From the NCBI GenBank assembly GCA_029057985.1, contig JAIDYR010000073.1, positions 5,748 to 69,747 on the forward strand: a DNA stretch of 64,000 nt, read 5' to 3'. Shown here piece by piece: positions 38,282 to 47,602 of the stretch. Source of the stretch: Muribaculaceae bacterium (GTDB lineage Bacteria > Bacteroidota > Bacteroidia > Bacteroidales > Muribaculaceae). The position numbers and the translations under genes were made by a program. The notes below the pieces were generated by a model that was not told where the DNA came from, did not search any database, and was given only the letters and a program-made list of their open reading frames with translations. Each line of letters begins with the position of its first letter. Position 1 is the stretch's first letter.

Positions 38282-40324
38282 TTACCAGATGATGATGCGT
38301 TCTTCTTCAGGGCGATACATTTTGTCGCCTTCCTTAATTCCGAATGCCTTGAAGAACGGAGCGATATTCTTGAGCGATACGTTAACGCGGTTCTCACCTA
38401 ATGAGTGGACGTCGCCGATAGTGAGCTTACGCTTCTCCGCGTCGCGGATATTCTGTGCCCAGAGGTTAGCGTAGTTCATGTAGAAGACCTGCAGCGGATC
38501 AAGCCCGTCGATCAGAGCTTCCTCGGAGGTCACATCGACACCTTTCTTCTTCTGGGAATCGAGGAATGCCGTCATGGCAACTCTTAGTCCTCCCTGGTCG
38601 GCAATGTTCTCGCCAAGAGTATATGAGCCATTGGCCATGAGTCCGGGAAGTACTTCCACTTCGTCAAACTGGTCGGCAAGCCCCTTGGTCAAAGTCGCGA
38701 ATGCCTCCGCATCTTCAGGAGTCCACCAGTTGACCATATTGCCGACTGCGTCGAAGTTGCAACCCTGATCATCAAATCCATGAGTAAGCTCATGCCCGAT
38801 AACAACGCCGATACCACCATAGTTTTCTGCATCGGAAGAGTTTGCATCGAAGAAAGGAGCCTGAAGGATACCTGCAGGGAAGACAATTTCATTATTCAGA
38901 GGATTATAATAAGCATTGATTGTCTGAGGAGTCATACCCCATTCAGTGCGGTCGACCGGTTTGCCCCATTTCGAATTGTAATCTTCGTTATGCCAGATGT
39001 TGGCGTTATGGATATTCTCATAATAAGAGAGAGAGGGGTCGATCTGCATGGTGGTATAATCTTTCCATTTGTCGGGATACCCGATCTTCACCGTGATCGA
39101 GTTGAGTTTTTTGATAGCCTGCAATTTAGTATCGTCACTCATCCAGGGAAGATTGATGATATGTTTGCCGAGTGCAGTGCGAAGGTTTTCTACAAGACCC
39201 TCCATATATTTTTTGGATGACTCAGGGAAGTATTCCGCAACGTAAAGCTGTCCGATAGCTTCACCGAGGCGATCTTCAGTAGCGCTCTGCACACGTTTCC
39301 AGCGTGGTTGCTGCTTTTCTACTCCGCTCATGATTTTTGAGAATTCGAAGCCTGCATCCGCAAAGTCATCGCTAAGGTAAGGAGCCGCGTCAGCTACTAC
39401 CTGCCAAAGATAATAGTCCTTTATTTCGCGGGGAGAAAGACGCCCGAGCATATTGTTGGCTTGCTTGACAGTATTCATTTCAGTGACAATGAATTGTTCG
39501 GGAGTCTGAATGCCCATTGTCTCGATAAAGAAGCGATCCCATGGAATATTGGGATATTCAGTCTTGAGGAAGTTGAGGTCTCGCACATTGTTCATGGCGT
39601 TGAGATTGCGGCTCTGTTCGCGTGTCCACACTGAATCGGCGAGCTGAGTCTCTATCTTCATGACATTCCTGGCAATGCGTGCTGCATCTCCTTTGGAATA
39701 GCCGGCGAGCTGCATGTCTTTTTTGATGAGCTCCTCGTAAGCCTTGCGGATTTTCTTGTTGTCGGCATCTTTAGCGAGGTAATAATCGCGGTCGCCAAGC
39801 TGCAGTCCGACTCCGGATACATACATGGCGTATTCTGCCGAATTATTGAGGTCTTCCTGAAGTCCTGCTCCGAAGAAGGGTGAAGAATAGGATTTATGCA
39901 TCAGGATAAGCAGGTCATCCATTTTATTATTTGGAGTTGATTCGATCTGCTTGAGGATGGGCTGGATTGGTTTTGCTCCGAGGTTATTGCGCTTGACTGA
40001 GTCCATTCCGGTCTCGTACAGAGCCGCTATTTTGTGAGCGACAGTGCCGGGTTCGGGATTTGTAGATGAAAGATTTGCTACAATCCTGCGCACGCGATTG
40101 CGGCTTGAATCATCGAGAATGTTAAACTGGCCATAGCGGGAGTGTTCGGGAGTAAGCGGATTAGCTTCCATCCAATGCTGATTCACATGCCGATAGAAGT
40201 CTTCTCCCGCTGAAATGCGGTCGCTGAGACCCTCTTTGTTGAGGCTCTTCAGGTGTTCGTGGGCGCTCACTGATACCGTGAGAGCAGCAATGGTACCAAA
40301 GATAAGGGTTCTTGAAAAATTCAT
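38282..40324 (-). CDS. pepO: M13-family zinc metallopeptidase (PepO / endothelin-converting-enzyme-like), secreted
   Basis: I trimmed this to the ATG at 40324 (MNFSRTLIFGTIAALTVSVSA, a signal peptide) because the longer ORF overlaps the upstream HTH gene. It carries HELTHGFD (HExxH), ENIAD and a C-terminal W. Confidence 0.9.
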   Translation of the reverse strand: MNFSRTLIFGTIAALTVSVSAHEHLKSLNKEGLSDRISAGEDFYRHVNQHWMEANPLTPEHSRYGQFNILDDSSRNRVRRIVANLSSTNPEPGTVAHKIAALYETGMDSVKRNNLGAKPIQPILKQIESTPNNKMDDLLILMHKSYSSPFFGAGLQEDLNNSAEYAMYVSGVGLQLGDRDYYLAKDADNKKIRKAYEELIKKDMQLAGYSKGDAARIARNVMKIETQLADSVWTREQSRNLNAMNNVRDLNFLKTEYPNIPWDRFFIETMGIQTPEQFIVTEMNTVKQANNMLGRLSPREIKDYYLWQVVADAAPYLSDDFADAGFEFSKIMSGVEKQQPRWKRVQSATEDRLGEAIGQLYVAEYFPESSKKYMEGLVENLRTALGKHIINLPWMSDDTKLQAIKKLNSITVKIGYPDKWKDYTTMQIDPSLSYYENIHNANIWHNEDYNSKWGKPVDRTEWGMTPQTINAYYNPLNNEIVFPAGILQAPFFDANSSDAENYGGIGVVIGHELTHGFDDQGCNFDAVGNMVNWWTPEDAEAFATLTKGLADQFDEVEVLPGLMANGSYTLGENIADQGGLRVAMTAFLDSQKKKGVDVTSEEALIDGLDPLQVFYMNYANLWAQNIRDAEKRKLTIGDVHSLGENRVNVSLKNIAPFFKAFGIKEGDKMYRPEEERIIIW

Positions 40325-40343
40325 TAACTTATTGTTTAATTGA

Positions 40344-40577
40344 TTAAATTTTGAATTCGAGTCCACCTCCGGAGGAGGATTTATATTCGAGAATGTCGCC
40401 CGGCTGGCAATCAAGTATCTCGCAGATGCTTTCAAGGGTAGAGAATCGGATTGCCTTTGCTTTACCGGTCTTCAGAATCGAGAGGTTGGAGGGTGTGATG
40501 CCCATCTTTTCCGACAGCTCGCCAAGGCTTATCTTTCGCTTGGCCATCATCACGTCCAAATTTACTATTATCGGCAT
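40344..40577 (-). CDS. Small XRE/YozG-like HTH transcriptional regulator
   Basis: I trimmed this to the ATG at 40577: MPIIVNLDVMMAKRKISLGELSEKMGITPSNLSILKTGKAKAIRFSTLESICEILDCQPGDILEY. This is the classic partner of DUF2975 membrane proteins. Confidence 0.8.
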   Translation of the reverse strand: MPIIVNLDVMMAKRKISLGELSEKMGITPSNLSILKTGKAKAIRFSTLESICEILDCQPGDILEYKSSSGGGLEFKI

Positions 40578-40597
40578 TATGAATTGACTGTTAGGGA

Positions 40598-41263
40598 TTA
40601 GATGGTGAGCTCCTGTTCTTGCTTTATGTGCAGGCCATAGCTCCATACTTGAGCGAAAAGAAGTCCGATTGATCCGAGGAGCAGATTATTCCATGGGAAA
40701 TTCCATTGGGCTTCAAGCTGATATCCCGGCCAAGTGAAATGAAGCTGATGGAAAATGTAATCCTGAATTGAACCCGCAATTATCTGAATGATAGCGATTG
40801 CAATCAGGGATAAGGAGATCTGGCGAAGATAAGTGACGTTCTGGCCGACGAAAATTCGAGCCTTTGAGACATTGATGATGAAGCGGATAAGCTTCCAAAG
40901 AATAACGAAGAGGAAGAAAATCTTGATGGGGGTGAAGCTGAATAATACCCATTTTGTCCAGTCGGGCACATTTTCATCCGGAGTCATCACAATGACATTG
41001 TCGATAATAAACGGCAGTTGACGCCCATCCTGAAATTGAATGGAATCGGCCGGCTGAAGCATAGTGGAGGCTGAGGGGACGAAAGATATTTCAATCGGCG
41101 ATCCATGCACCGGTTCCGACTCCTCTCCATTATACCCTTGCGAAAATCCCATTGAGAAGGTCTCTACTCCAAGTTGGACAAGTCGGCGTGATGGCAGAAT
41201 GACACTCAGTGCCAAAACGGCAAGGACTATTACAGAAAGAATGTATATTGAGGTCTTTTTCAT
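40598..41263 (-). CDS. DUF2975-family membrane protein
   Basis: 221 aa with an N-terminal TM, three C-terminal TMs and the motif NVSKARIFVGQNVTYLRQIS typical of DUF2975. It lies 20 nt upstream of the HTH gene. Confidence 0.7.
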   Translation of the reverse strand: MKKTSIYILSVIVLAVLALSVILPSRRLVQLGVETFSMGFSQGYNGEESEPVHGSPIEISFVPSASTMLQPADSIQFQDGRQLPFIIDNVIVMTPDENVPDWTKWVLFSFTPIKIFFLFVILWKLIRFIINVSKARIFVGQNVTYLRQISLSLIAIAIIQIIAGSIQDYIFHQLHFTWPGYQLEAQWNFPWNNLLLGSIGLLFAQVWSYGLHIKQEQELTI

Positions 41264-41336
41264 TTCATGCAGTATGAGTAATCCTTCAGAATAGCATGAC
41301 TTTTCTCCGGCTATCTGACAGTAGGATTGGATACTG

Positions 41337-41367
41337 CAAAATTACTAAAAAAAATATTAAAAGCAAA
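41337..41367 (-). promoter_or_regulatory. Putative promoter of the DUF2975-HTH(-pepO) unit
   Basis: On the minus strand: TTTG (complement of 41364-41367), 19 nt, then TAATTTTG (complement of 41337-41344). Confidence 0.45.
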
Positions 41368-41371
41368 AAAA

Positions 41372-42409
41372 TTATCGTTTTTCGATAAATTTTATAAGGG
41401 TCTGAAGTTTTTTTTCTGTCTCTTCCCATTCTTTTTCCGGTTGGGAAAGATGCGTGATACCTCCGCCTGCACGTAAATCTATCGAGGATGAAAGGAGGTC
41501 ATATCTTCCGGAGCGAAGATTGGCATATGAAGAATAGTTGCGATTGTTATTGACCCATCCGATTAGTCCTCCGTAACAAGATCGATGAGGTTGTTCGCCG
41601 GTCATGATTTCGGCAATTGCCTTTTCACGTGGAAATCCGCTGAGGGCCGGAGTAGGACAAAGATAACGCAACAATCTGAAATCCTCAAGTTCACCTTGAG
41701 CAGAAATTTCAGTAGCGAGATGCATCACCGGTCCGGCCTTTAAAGTAAACGGACCATTCAATGTCGGATTTAATCCGAATTTTGCGAATCCCGAAGCGAT
41801 AAATTTAGTTACGATCGCTTGCTCCTGAATATTCTTAATATCCCATTCTTCTTCATTGTCATCCCATCGGGTACCGGCGAGTGAGAGAGAAGAAATCTTG
41901 CCGTCGGAAACCTGAAGAATCGGTTCAGGCGATGCTCCTATCCAAGTGCCGTGAAGATTTGTTGAAAATATGAATACGCACGCTGAAGGATACGCTTCAT
42001 TAAGGCGTCCGAACAATTCCAATGGAGAAATCGCGCATTTCTGACGCGAAACCCTGGATACGACGACTTTTGAGCATCCATTTCCCATATCAGTTGATTC
42101 GAATGAATCCCATTGACGGGTCAGATCTATGCATCTCCTGACGAGGGAACGATAATTATCATCGGGAGTCTGAAAGAAGGAAGAAGATTCTTTTATTTCA
42201 TTTTCTGAAATCCATTCTTCAGCTTCTTCATTGCTGAATTGAGTATAGTGATGAAGGGGTGACGGGATAAGATATATCTCCGGATAATTTTTAAATTCGC
42301 TGTAGATAAATCCCGAATAATCCGGACCCTTGACATCTTTGATAAGACTCTCAGAGTGCCCGCTTATCACATTGTTTGAATTCGGGAGGCGAATCTTAAA
42401 AAAATTCAT
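41372..42409 (-). CDS. menF: Isochorismate synthase (chorismate-binding enzyme)
   Basis: 345 aa. The C-terminal chorismate-binding signature is present (PTPALSGFP, SCYGGLIGW, IDLRAGGGIT). Confidence 0.8.
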   Translation of the reverse strand: MNFFKIRLPNSNNVISGHSESLIKDVKGPDYSGFIYSEFKNYPEIYLIPSPLHHYTQFSNEEAEEWISENEIKESSSFFQTPDDNYRSLVRRCIDLTRQWDSFESTDMGNGCSKVVVSRVSRQKCAISPLELFGRLNEAYPSACVFIFSTNLHGTWIGASPEPILQVSDGKISSLSLAGTRWDDNEEEWDIKNIQEQAIVTKFIASGFAKFGLNPTLNGPFTLKAGPVMHLATEISAQGELEDFRLLRYLCPTPALSGFPREKAIAEIMTGEQPHRSCYGGLIGWVNNNRNYSSYANLRSGRYDLLSSSIDLRAGGGITHLSQPEKEWEETEKKLQTLIKFIEKR

Positions 42410-42429
42410 ATAGAAAACGAAAAGACAGC

Positions 42430-43731
42430 TTATATACGTCCAATAAGTTCAAACGGGAGGGCTTCTTCTATTCTTACATCAGCAAATTCTCCGATGGGCA
42501 AAACGGCTCCACGTATGATAACTTCAGGGTCGACTTCCGGAGAATCCCATTGAGTGCGTCCTATTGAGTCGCCGTTTTCATGGCGTTCGACAAGCACACG
42601 CACCTTCTCTCCGATAAGTTTCTCGTTTAGTTGAAGCGCAATCTCCTCTTGTGCAGCCATGATTTTGTCAAGGCGCTCTTGCTTGATCTCTTCGGGGATG
42701 GAATCTTCGAGATTTAGGGCCGCCCACGTATCATCTTCTTCACAATAGGCGAAAGCTCCCATTCTATCAAATTTCTGTGTCTTTACAAACTCAAGTAATT
42801 CTTCAAATTCTTTCTCCCCTTCGCCAGGGAAGCCGGTCATAAGAGTCGTGCGCAGCCGAATTCCGGGGACCCGGCTTCTAATTTCTTCAATTAATCGAAG
42901 AGTTTCTTCTTTTGAAATGTGCCGGCGCATATTTGATAAGACAGGGTCAGAGATATGTTGCAGTGCAATGTCAAGATAATTGCATACATTCTCTCTGCGA
43001 CGCATGACGTCGAGCACATCCATCGGGAAATCCGATGGATAACCATAGTGGAGACGAATCCACTCAACTCCTGGGATATCGGCCATCCGGTCGATAAGTT
43101 CGGCGAGGCGTTTTTCGCCGTAGATATCGCTGCCATACGAAGAAAGATCCTGGGCAATGACGTTGAATTCCTTTACTCCTTCGCCTACAAGCTTTCTTAC
43201 CTCCTCAAGAATCTCCTCTACAGGGCGCGATTTATGACGTCCTGTGATAAGAGGGATTGCGCAAAACGCACAAAACCGATTGCAACCCTCGGAAATCTTA
43301 AGGAAAGCGGAGTGGGGGGGAGTAGTCAGGATTCGTTCCCAAGGCCTGCCGGTCGGAGCAATATCGGGGAGATCGTTAAGAAATAAATTCCAGTTGAATT
43401 TACCATACCATTTGTCGACTTCGGGTATCTCTTCCTGAAGTTCCTTCATATATCGCTCGGAGAGACATCCCATGACTGCGATGTTTCCTATGCGGCCTTC
43501 ACGTTTGGCATCGGCAAGCTCAAGAATCAGATTTATGGATTCCTCTTTGGCGTCACCGATGAATCCGCATGTATTGACGATTACCCATTCCCCGCAGGGG
43601 TCTTCGGAGTCATGTACAGCGGAAAGACCCTTGGCTTCAAGCCTGTGTAGGAGACGTTCGGAATCTACAAGATTCTTTGAGCATCCCATAGAGATGACGT
43701 CGATGCGTCCTTTTTCAAAAGTACGATTCAT
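42430..43731 (-). CDS. rimO: Ribosomal protein S12 methylthiotransferase
   Basis: 433 aa with the MTTase N-domain cysteines (GCSKN, NTCGF, GCL), the radical-SAM motif CNRFCAFC, and a TRAM-like C-terminus. Confidence 0.9.
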   Translation of the reverse strand: MNRTFEKGRIDVISMGCSKNLVDSERLLHRLEAKGLSAVHDSEDPCGEWVIVNTCGFIGDAKEESINLILELADAKREGRIGNIAVMGCLSERYMKELQEEIPEVDKWYGKFNWNLFLNDLPDIAPTGRPWERILTTPPHSAFLKISEGCNRFCAFCAIPLITGRHKSRPVEEILEEVRKLVGEGVKEFNVIAQDLSSYGSDIYGEKRLAELIDRMADIPGVEWIRLHYGYPSDFPMDVLDVMRRRENVCNYLDIALQHISDPVLSNMRRHISKEETLRLIEEIRSRVPGIRLRTTLMTGFPGEGEKEFEELLEFVKTQKFDRMGAFAYCEEDDTWAALNLEDSIPEEIKQERLDKIMAAQEEIALQLNEKLIGEKVRVLVERHENGDSIGRTQWDSPEVDPEVIIRGAVLPIGEFADVRIEEALPFELIGRI

Positions 43732-43742
43732 TATGGACTTTG

Positions 43743-44723
43743 CTAATCCTTTTTGTCAAAAAATGATTTTACGAAATCCTTGGCGTTAAATATCTGAAGA
43801 TCCTCGGGCTTTTCGCCAAGACCGATATATTTGATGGGAATCTTATGGCGGTTTGAGATGCCTATGATCACTCCTCCTTTTGCGGTGCCGTCAAGTTTGG
43901 TGACCGCCAGAGCATTTACATTAGTCACGGCGGAGAATTGTTCGGCCTGGAAGTAAGCATTCTGTCCTGTCGAGCCATCAAGCACAAGTAAAACTTCCTG
44001 CGGAGCATCCGGCACGACGCGTTTGATCACTTTCTCAATCTTATGGAGTTCATTCATCAGTCCGACCTTATTATGGAGTCGACCGGCGGTATCTATTATG
44101 ACGACATCGGCATCCTGAGCCTTGGCTGCACTTACAGTGTCGAAAGCGACAGCCGCCGGATCTGATCCCATCTTTTGCTTAATGACCTGAACGCCGGTGC
44201 GCTCTCCCCATAGTTCGAGCTGTTCGATAGCGGCAGCGCGGAATGTGTCGGCTGCACCAAGCATTACTTTATATCCGGAGGCCTTGTATTGATAGGCAAG
44301 TTTGCCGATGGTAGTGGTTTTGCCAACTCCGTTGACTCCGACCACGAGAATTACGTAAGGTTTCTTATCTTCCGGGATCCGGAAGTCATCCATTTCTTCT
44401 CCATCAGAGCCGATATTGGGAGTTATCATTTCAGAAACTTCCTCAGCGAGAAGACTATGAAGTTCGGACGTTGAGACATATTTGTCACGCTTGACGCGCT
44501 CGGTAAGACGGTCGATAATTTCGAGAGTTGTGTCGAGCCCGACGTCGGAGGTTACGAATACTTCCTCAAGATTATCGAGTACTTCATCGTCGATAGTCGA
44601 CTTTCCGGCTACGGCGCGTGTGAGTTTCTGCCACACTCCGGCCTTAGTCTTTTCGAGTCCTTTGTCAAGTTTTTCTTGTTTCTCCTGTTTGTCGCGTGAG
44701 AAGAGTTTGTTGAAAAATCCCAT
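43743..44723 (-). CDS. ftsY: Signal recognition particle receptor
   Basis: 326-aa NG domain with GVNGVGKTTTIGKLA, DTAGR and TKLDGTAKGG. Confidence 0.95.
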   Translation of the reverse strand: MGFFNKLFSRDKQEKQEKLDKGLEKTKAGVWQKLTRAVAGKSTIDDEVLDNLEEVFVTSDVGLDTTLEIIDRLTERVKRDKYVSTSELHSLLAEEVSEMITPNIGSDGEEMDDFRIPEDKKPYVILVVGVNGVGKTTTIGKLAYQYKASGYKVMLGAADTFRAAAIEQLELWGERTGVQVIKQKMGSDPAAVAFDTVSAAKAQDADVVIIDTAGRLHNKVGLMNELHKIEKVIKRVVPDAPQEVLLVLDGSTGQNAYFQAEQFSAVTNVNALAVTKLDGTAKGGVIIGISNRHKIPIKYIGLGEKPEDLQIFNAKDFVKSFFDKKD

Positions 44724-44741
44724 ATATTTATTATTTTACTG

Positions 44742-44772
44742 CAAAATTAGCGAAATTCCGTTATTTATCAAA
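44742..44772 (-). promoter_or_regulatory. Putative ftsY promoter
   Basis: On the minus strand: TTTG (complement of 44769-44772), 19 nt, then TAATTTTG (complement of 44742-44749). Confidence 0.45.
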
Positions 44773-44797
44773 AATTTTGGCAGCAAAGAGTGTGTCA

Positions 44798-44845
44798 AAT
44801 CCTACTTAATCAAGTTCAGAAAGCAAAACCTGATTAAGTAGGATT
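44798..44845 (-). terminator. 15-bp hairpin downstream of the TonB-dependent receptor gene (probable terminator or processing site)
   Basis: AATCCTACTTAATCA (44798-44812) is the exact reverse complement of TGATTAAGTAGGATT (44831-44845), with an 18-nt loop. On the minus strand only a short U stretch follows. Confidence 0.5.
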
Positions 44846-44890
44846 AGCCGAGTAAGCTTATGATTAAGTAGGATTAGCCGAATATACTTA
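44831..44890. repeat. Two tandem 30-bp repeats, each containing one arm of the 44798 hairpin
   Basis: TGATTAAGTAGGATTAGCCGAGTAAGCTTA (44831-44860) and TGATTAAGTAGGATTAGCCGAATATACTTA (44861-44890) match at 27/30 positions. Confidence 0.9.
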
Positions 44891-44909
44891 TGAGAGATAT
44901 CCGGATATT

Positions 44910-47204
44910 TTAATTTTGTGAAGCTCCACCGGCCGATTTAGCAGTCGAGATGTCATCGTTGACGATTGAGGAGTTGACAGATTTTACGTTGGCATTATTT
45001 TTCCCGAAGTGCCATGTCACGCTTACGCCTACTGTCCACGCAGGGTTATGCCATTTATTTGTAGATGAGAAGTCGCTGCCGACAGTGGAGTTTGTGTAAA
45101 TCGTATATTTCTCGAAGCAGTTCATGGCATTTAGCGTGACCTTAAGGGAGTCGTCGGAAAGAAATGTGCGTGAGAGATTAAGACCGTAGTAATGGTGAGA
45201 TCCTCCTTTACCCATAAGATTGACCGAGCCCGACCCCCAGCCACCGAATGCTCCGAAGTTGAATTTCTGAGGCAATGTCCAGTCTGCGTTTGCTGTGACG
45301 TTGCCGGAGAATCCATGATTGGAAAGCAATTGTCCGCTGATATCTTTATCTGCTTTAAGATCAGTATAATTCAATCCGCCGTTGAGTGATAATCTCAATG
45401 TGTTTCGGGGTGACCACATCATGAAGATATTAAGGGATGAAGTGCGGTTATGTCCTATATTAGCGAAAGTATTGACCATCTTATAGCCGTCAAGGTAAGC
45501 GTAGTTTGTAATGGCATTTCCGGTATCGGTATAATCCAGAGATACAGATCCCCCCAGGGCGCGTCCGAAATTAGTGTATGTTAACGAAACTTTATTGATC
45601 TTTTCTGAAGTTAGGTTGGGATTGCCTTGCTGAATCCGGAGATCGGAAATTTCAAGTTTATAAGGATTGAGTTGTTCGATCGACGGACGCGATATACGCA
45701 TTGAATACGAAGCTGTCAGGGTATTGGCGGGAGAAAAAGAATAAGTGATGGATGCGTTCGGTACGACATCATTTAGGTTGGATGTGAAATTCTCCCCAAG
45801 ATTGTCATGGAATCGAATTCCCATGCGTGTAAATTCATATCTGAGACCAGCCTGGGCTGAGACCGGACCATAAGTGGCGGTATATAGTCCGTACAGTGCG
45901 AATATATCCTGCGGTTGGCCCATGCTCGTGCGTGTAGAAGAAATAGGATGGAAAAGTACCAGATCATTGCTTCCCTCGGATAGTCCATAGGCTGAATTGC
46001 GGCGGAAGATTCCCTTCGAGCCGATTTCTAATTTGGCATGCGGATTGATAGTATTGCTCCAGTCAATCTGTACGGTATGTTCGCGGGTAATACGATCGTT
46101 CGAGATTTTTTCGTATAGGTATTCCGGATTAAAGTTAATGAGATTTCCGTAGGTGTAATTACCCGGAAGTCCGGCTTTGACGTAGTTGAACATGTAGGAG
46201 ATGCCGAGATAATTGTCGTTGCGTCCGAATTCATGCTGATATGCTGTCTGCGCCGTCACTCCCCGGTATTTGAGATGCATATCGGCATCGCGGGAATAAC
46301 TCCAGCGCAGATTGCCGTCAGCGTCATACATTGACGATGTCTGGTCGGTAATATTCATTATCCCTCCCACATTATAATAATTGGCCGAGAAGGTGAGCAG
46401 GTCGGAAGGGGAAATGTCATAGGATCCTCCGAGATCTATACCGAGAAAGTCGATATTCTGACTGTTGATGGCAGTCTCCTGCAGTCGGTGATCTTCGGGA
46501 TTGTTGAGATATACAGTCATATCTTCCATTTTGGCCTTACGTTGTCCGCGGAATCCATAGGCGTAGTTGACTCCGGCATTCAGAGTCAGTCGGTTGAACT
46601 TTGCCGCGCCGTTAATTCCTGCCTGAAGCATGCGGTTGTCGACCGAGATGTTTGCCGAACCATTGTAGCCGTTGCTTGCTTGTTTTCGTTCAGTGACGAG
46701 GTTAATGATAGCTCCTCCGCCTTCAGCATCATATTTTGCTCCCGGCTCGGTTATCAGCTCAATGGATGCTACAGCTTCGGCGGGCATGGATTTCAGAATA
46801 GTGGATGCATTTTGTGAAAGCATCGGCTCAGGACGTCCGTTGACATATATTTTGAAATCTCCGTTTCCTTTCACCCGGATGTTATCCTGACCGTCAACAC
46901 TTACCATAGGCACCTTTCTGAGTAGGTCGAGTACTGTAGAACCGGCAGCCGCTGGATCCTCATCGACGTTGTAAGTGACTTGATTTGCCGCTACTTTTAT
47001 CATCGGGGCGTCGGCTGTGACGACGATTTCCCGGAGATCATGAATATTTCCGTAAGCGACGCGTTCGAGAGAATCAATCTGAGCCTCATTAAGTTCTTCA
47101 GAAGGCGTGATATTGACCGCTTGTTTCGTGTTTCCGGCAAATGAAAGAGAGGGAATCAAGCCGGAAAAAACGGTACAAATTAAAGAAAATAGTCTGATAT
47201 TCAT
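44910..47204 (-). CDS. TonB-dependent receptor / outer-membrane beta-barrel family protein, no SusD-like partner
   Basis: 764 aa with a signal peptide, a plug region (VLDLLRKVPMVSVDGQDNIRVKG) and a long alternating beta-strand body. Confidence 0.85.
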   Translation of the reverse strand: MNIRLFSLICTVFSGLIPSLSFAGNTKQAVNITPSEELNEAQIDSLERVAYGNIHDLREIVVTADAPMIKVAANQVTYNVDEDPAAAGSTVLDLLRKVPMVSVDGQDNIRVKGNGDFKIYVNGRPEPMLSQNASTILKSMPAEAVASIELITEPGAKYDAEGGGAIINLVTERKQASNGYNGSANISVDNRMLQAGINGAAKFNRLTLNAGVNYAYGFRGQRKAKMEDMTVYLNNPEDHRLQETAINSQNIDFLGIDLGGSYDISPSDLLTFSANYYNVGGIMNITDQTSSMYDADGNLRWSYSRDADMHLKYRGVTAQTAYQHEFGRNDNYLGISYMFNYVKAGLPGNYTYGNLINFNPEYLYEKISNDRITREHTVQIDWSNTINPHAKLEIGSKGIFRRNSAYGLSEGSNDLVLFHPISSTRTSMGQPQDIFALYGLYTATYGPVSAQAGLRYEFTRMGIRFHDNLGENFTSNLNDVVPNASITYSFSPANTLTASYSMRISRPSIEQLNPYKLEISDLRIQQGNPNLTSEKINKVSLTYTNFGRALGGSVSLDYTDTGNAITNYAYLDGYKMVNTFANIGHNRTSSLNIFMMWSPRNTLRLSLNGGLNYTDLKADKDISGQLLSNHGFSGNVTANADWTLPQKFNFGAFGGWGSGSVNLMGKGGSHHYYGLNLSRTFLSDDSLKVTLNAMNCFEKYTIYTNSTVGSDFSSTNKWHNPAWTVGVSVTWHFGKNNANVKSVNSSIVNDDISTAKSAGGASQN

Positions 47205-47259
47205 AAAGATATTGGTTAAAAGTATTATCTATTTAGTGTATTAGTTTGTTAATACACTG

Positions 47260-47291
47260 CAAAAGTAATAAAACTTTTCTTTCCAACCAAA
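47260..47291 (-). promoter_or_regulatory. Putative promoter of the TonB-dependent receptor gene
   Basis: On the minus strand: TTTG (complement of 47288-47291), 20 nt, then TACTTTTG (complement of 47260-47267). A 9-bp palindrome at 47235-47258 sits at the predicted transcription start. Confidence 0.45.
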
Positions 47292-47500
47292 TTATTTTCT
47301 AAAAATTTCAAAAAATTATATAATGCAGGGTCTAATTTATTTTTGTAGATAGATTCGTGGATTTGAGTATGCCGTAGATTTTATTATCAGTTTTATGGTC
47401 TATCGGAAATTATGTATTAAATTTGTAAATATTTCTTATTGATATGGTGAAATGCCGCGGGATTTGAAGTGGTTCATTCTGGTTCATTTATTCGGTTCGC

Positions 47501-47531
47501 TTTGAATATTTGTCGGAATGGTATAATTTTG
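47501..47531 (+). promoter_or_regulatory. Putative promoter of the small-protein/kinase operon
   Basis: TTTG (47501-47504), 19 nt, then TAATTTTG (47524-47531). Direct repeats GGTTCATT (47471-47478 and 47481-47488) and GGTTCG (47494-47499) lie immediately upstream. Confidence 0.5.
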
Positions 47532-47602
47532 TAAAGAAGTTTGGCATTTCTACGCCTTACCTGATTTATAAATTAGCAAATACAGATATTCTAAACTGAA
47601 CC

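Noticed and set aside
40325-40646. Long forms of the pepO (to 40435) and HTH (to 40646) ORFs
   Set aside because: The long forms overlap the neighbouring genes. Internal ATGs at 40324 and 40577 give a proper signal peptide and the canonical MPIIVNLD start of YozG-like regulators, respectively.
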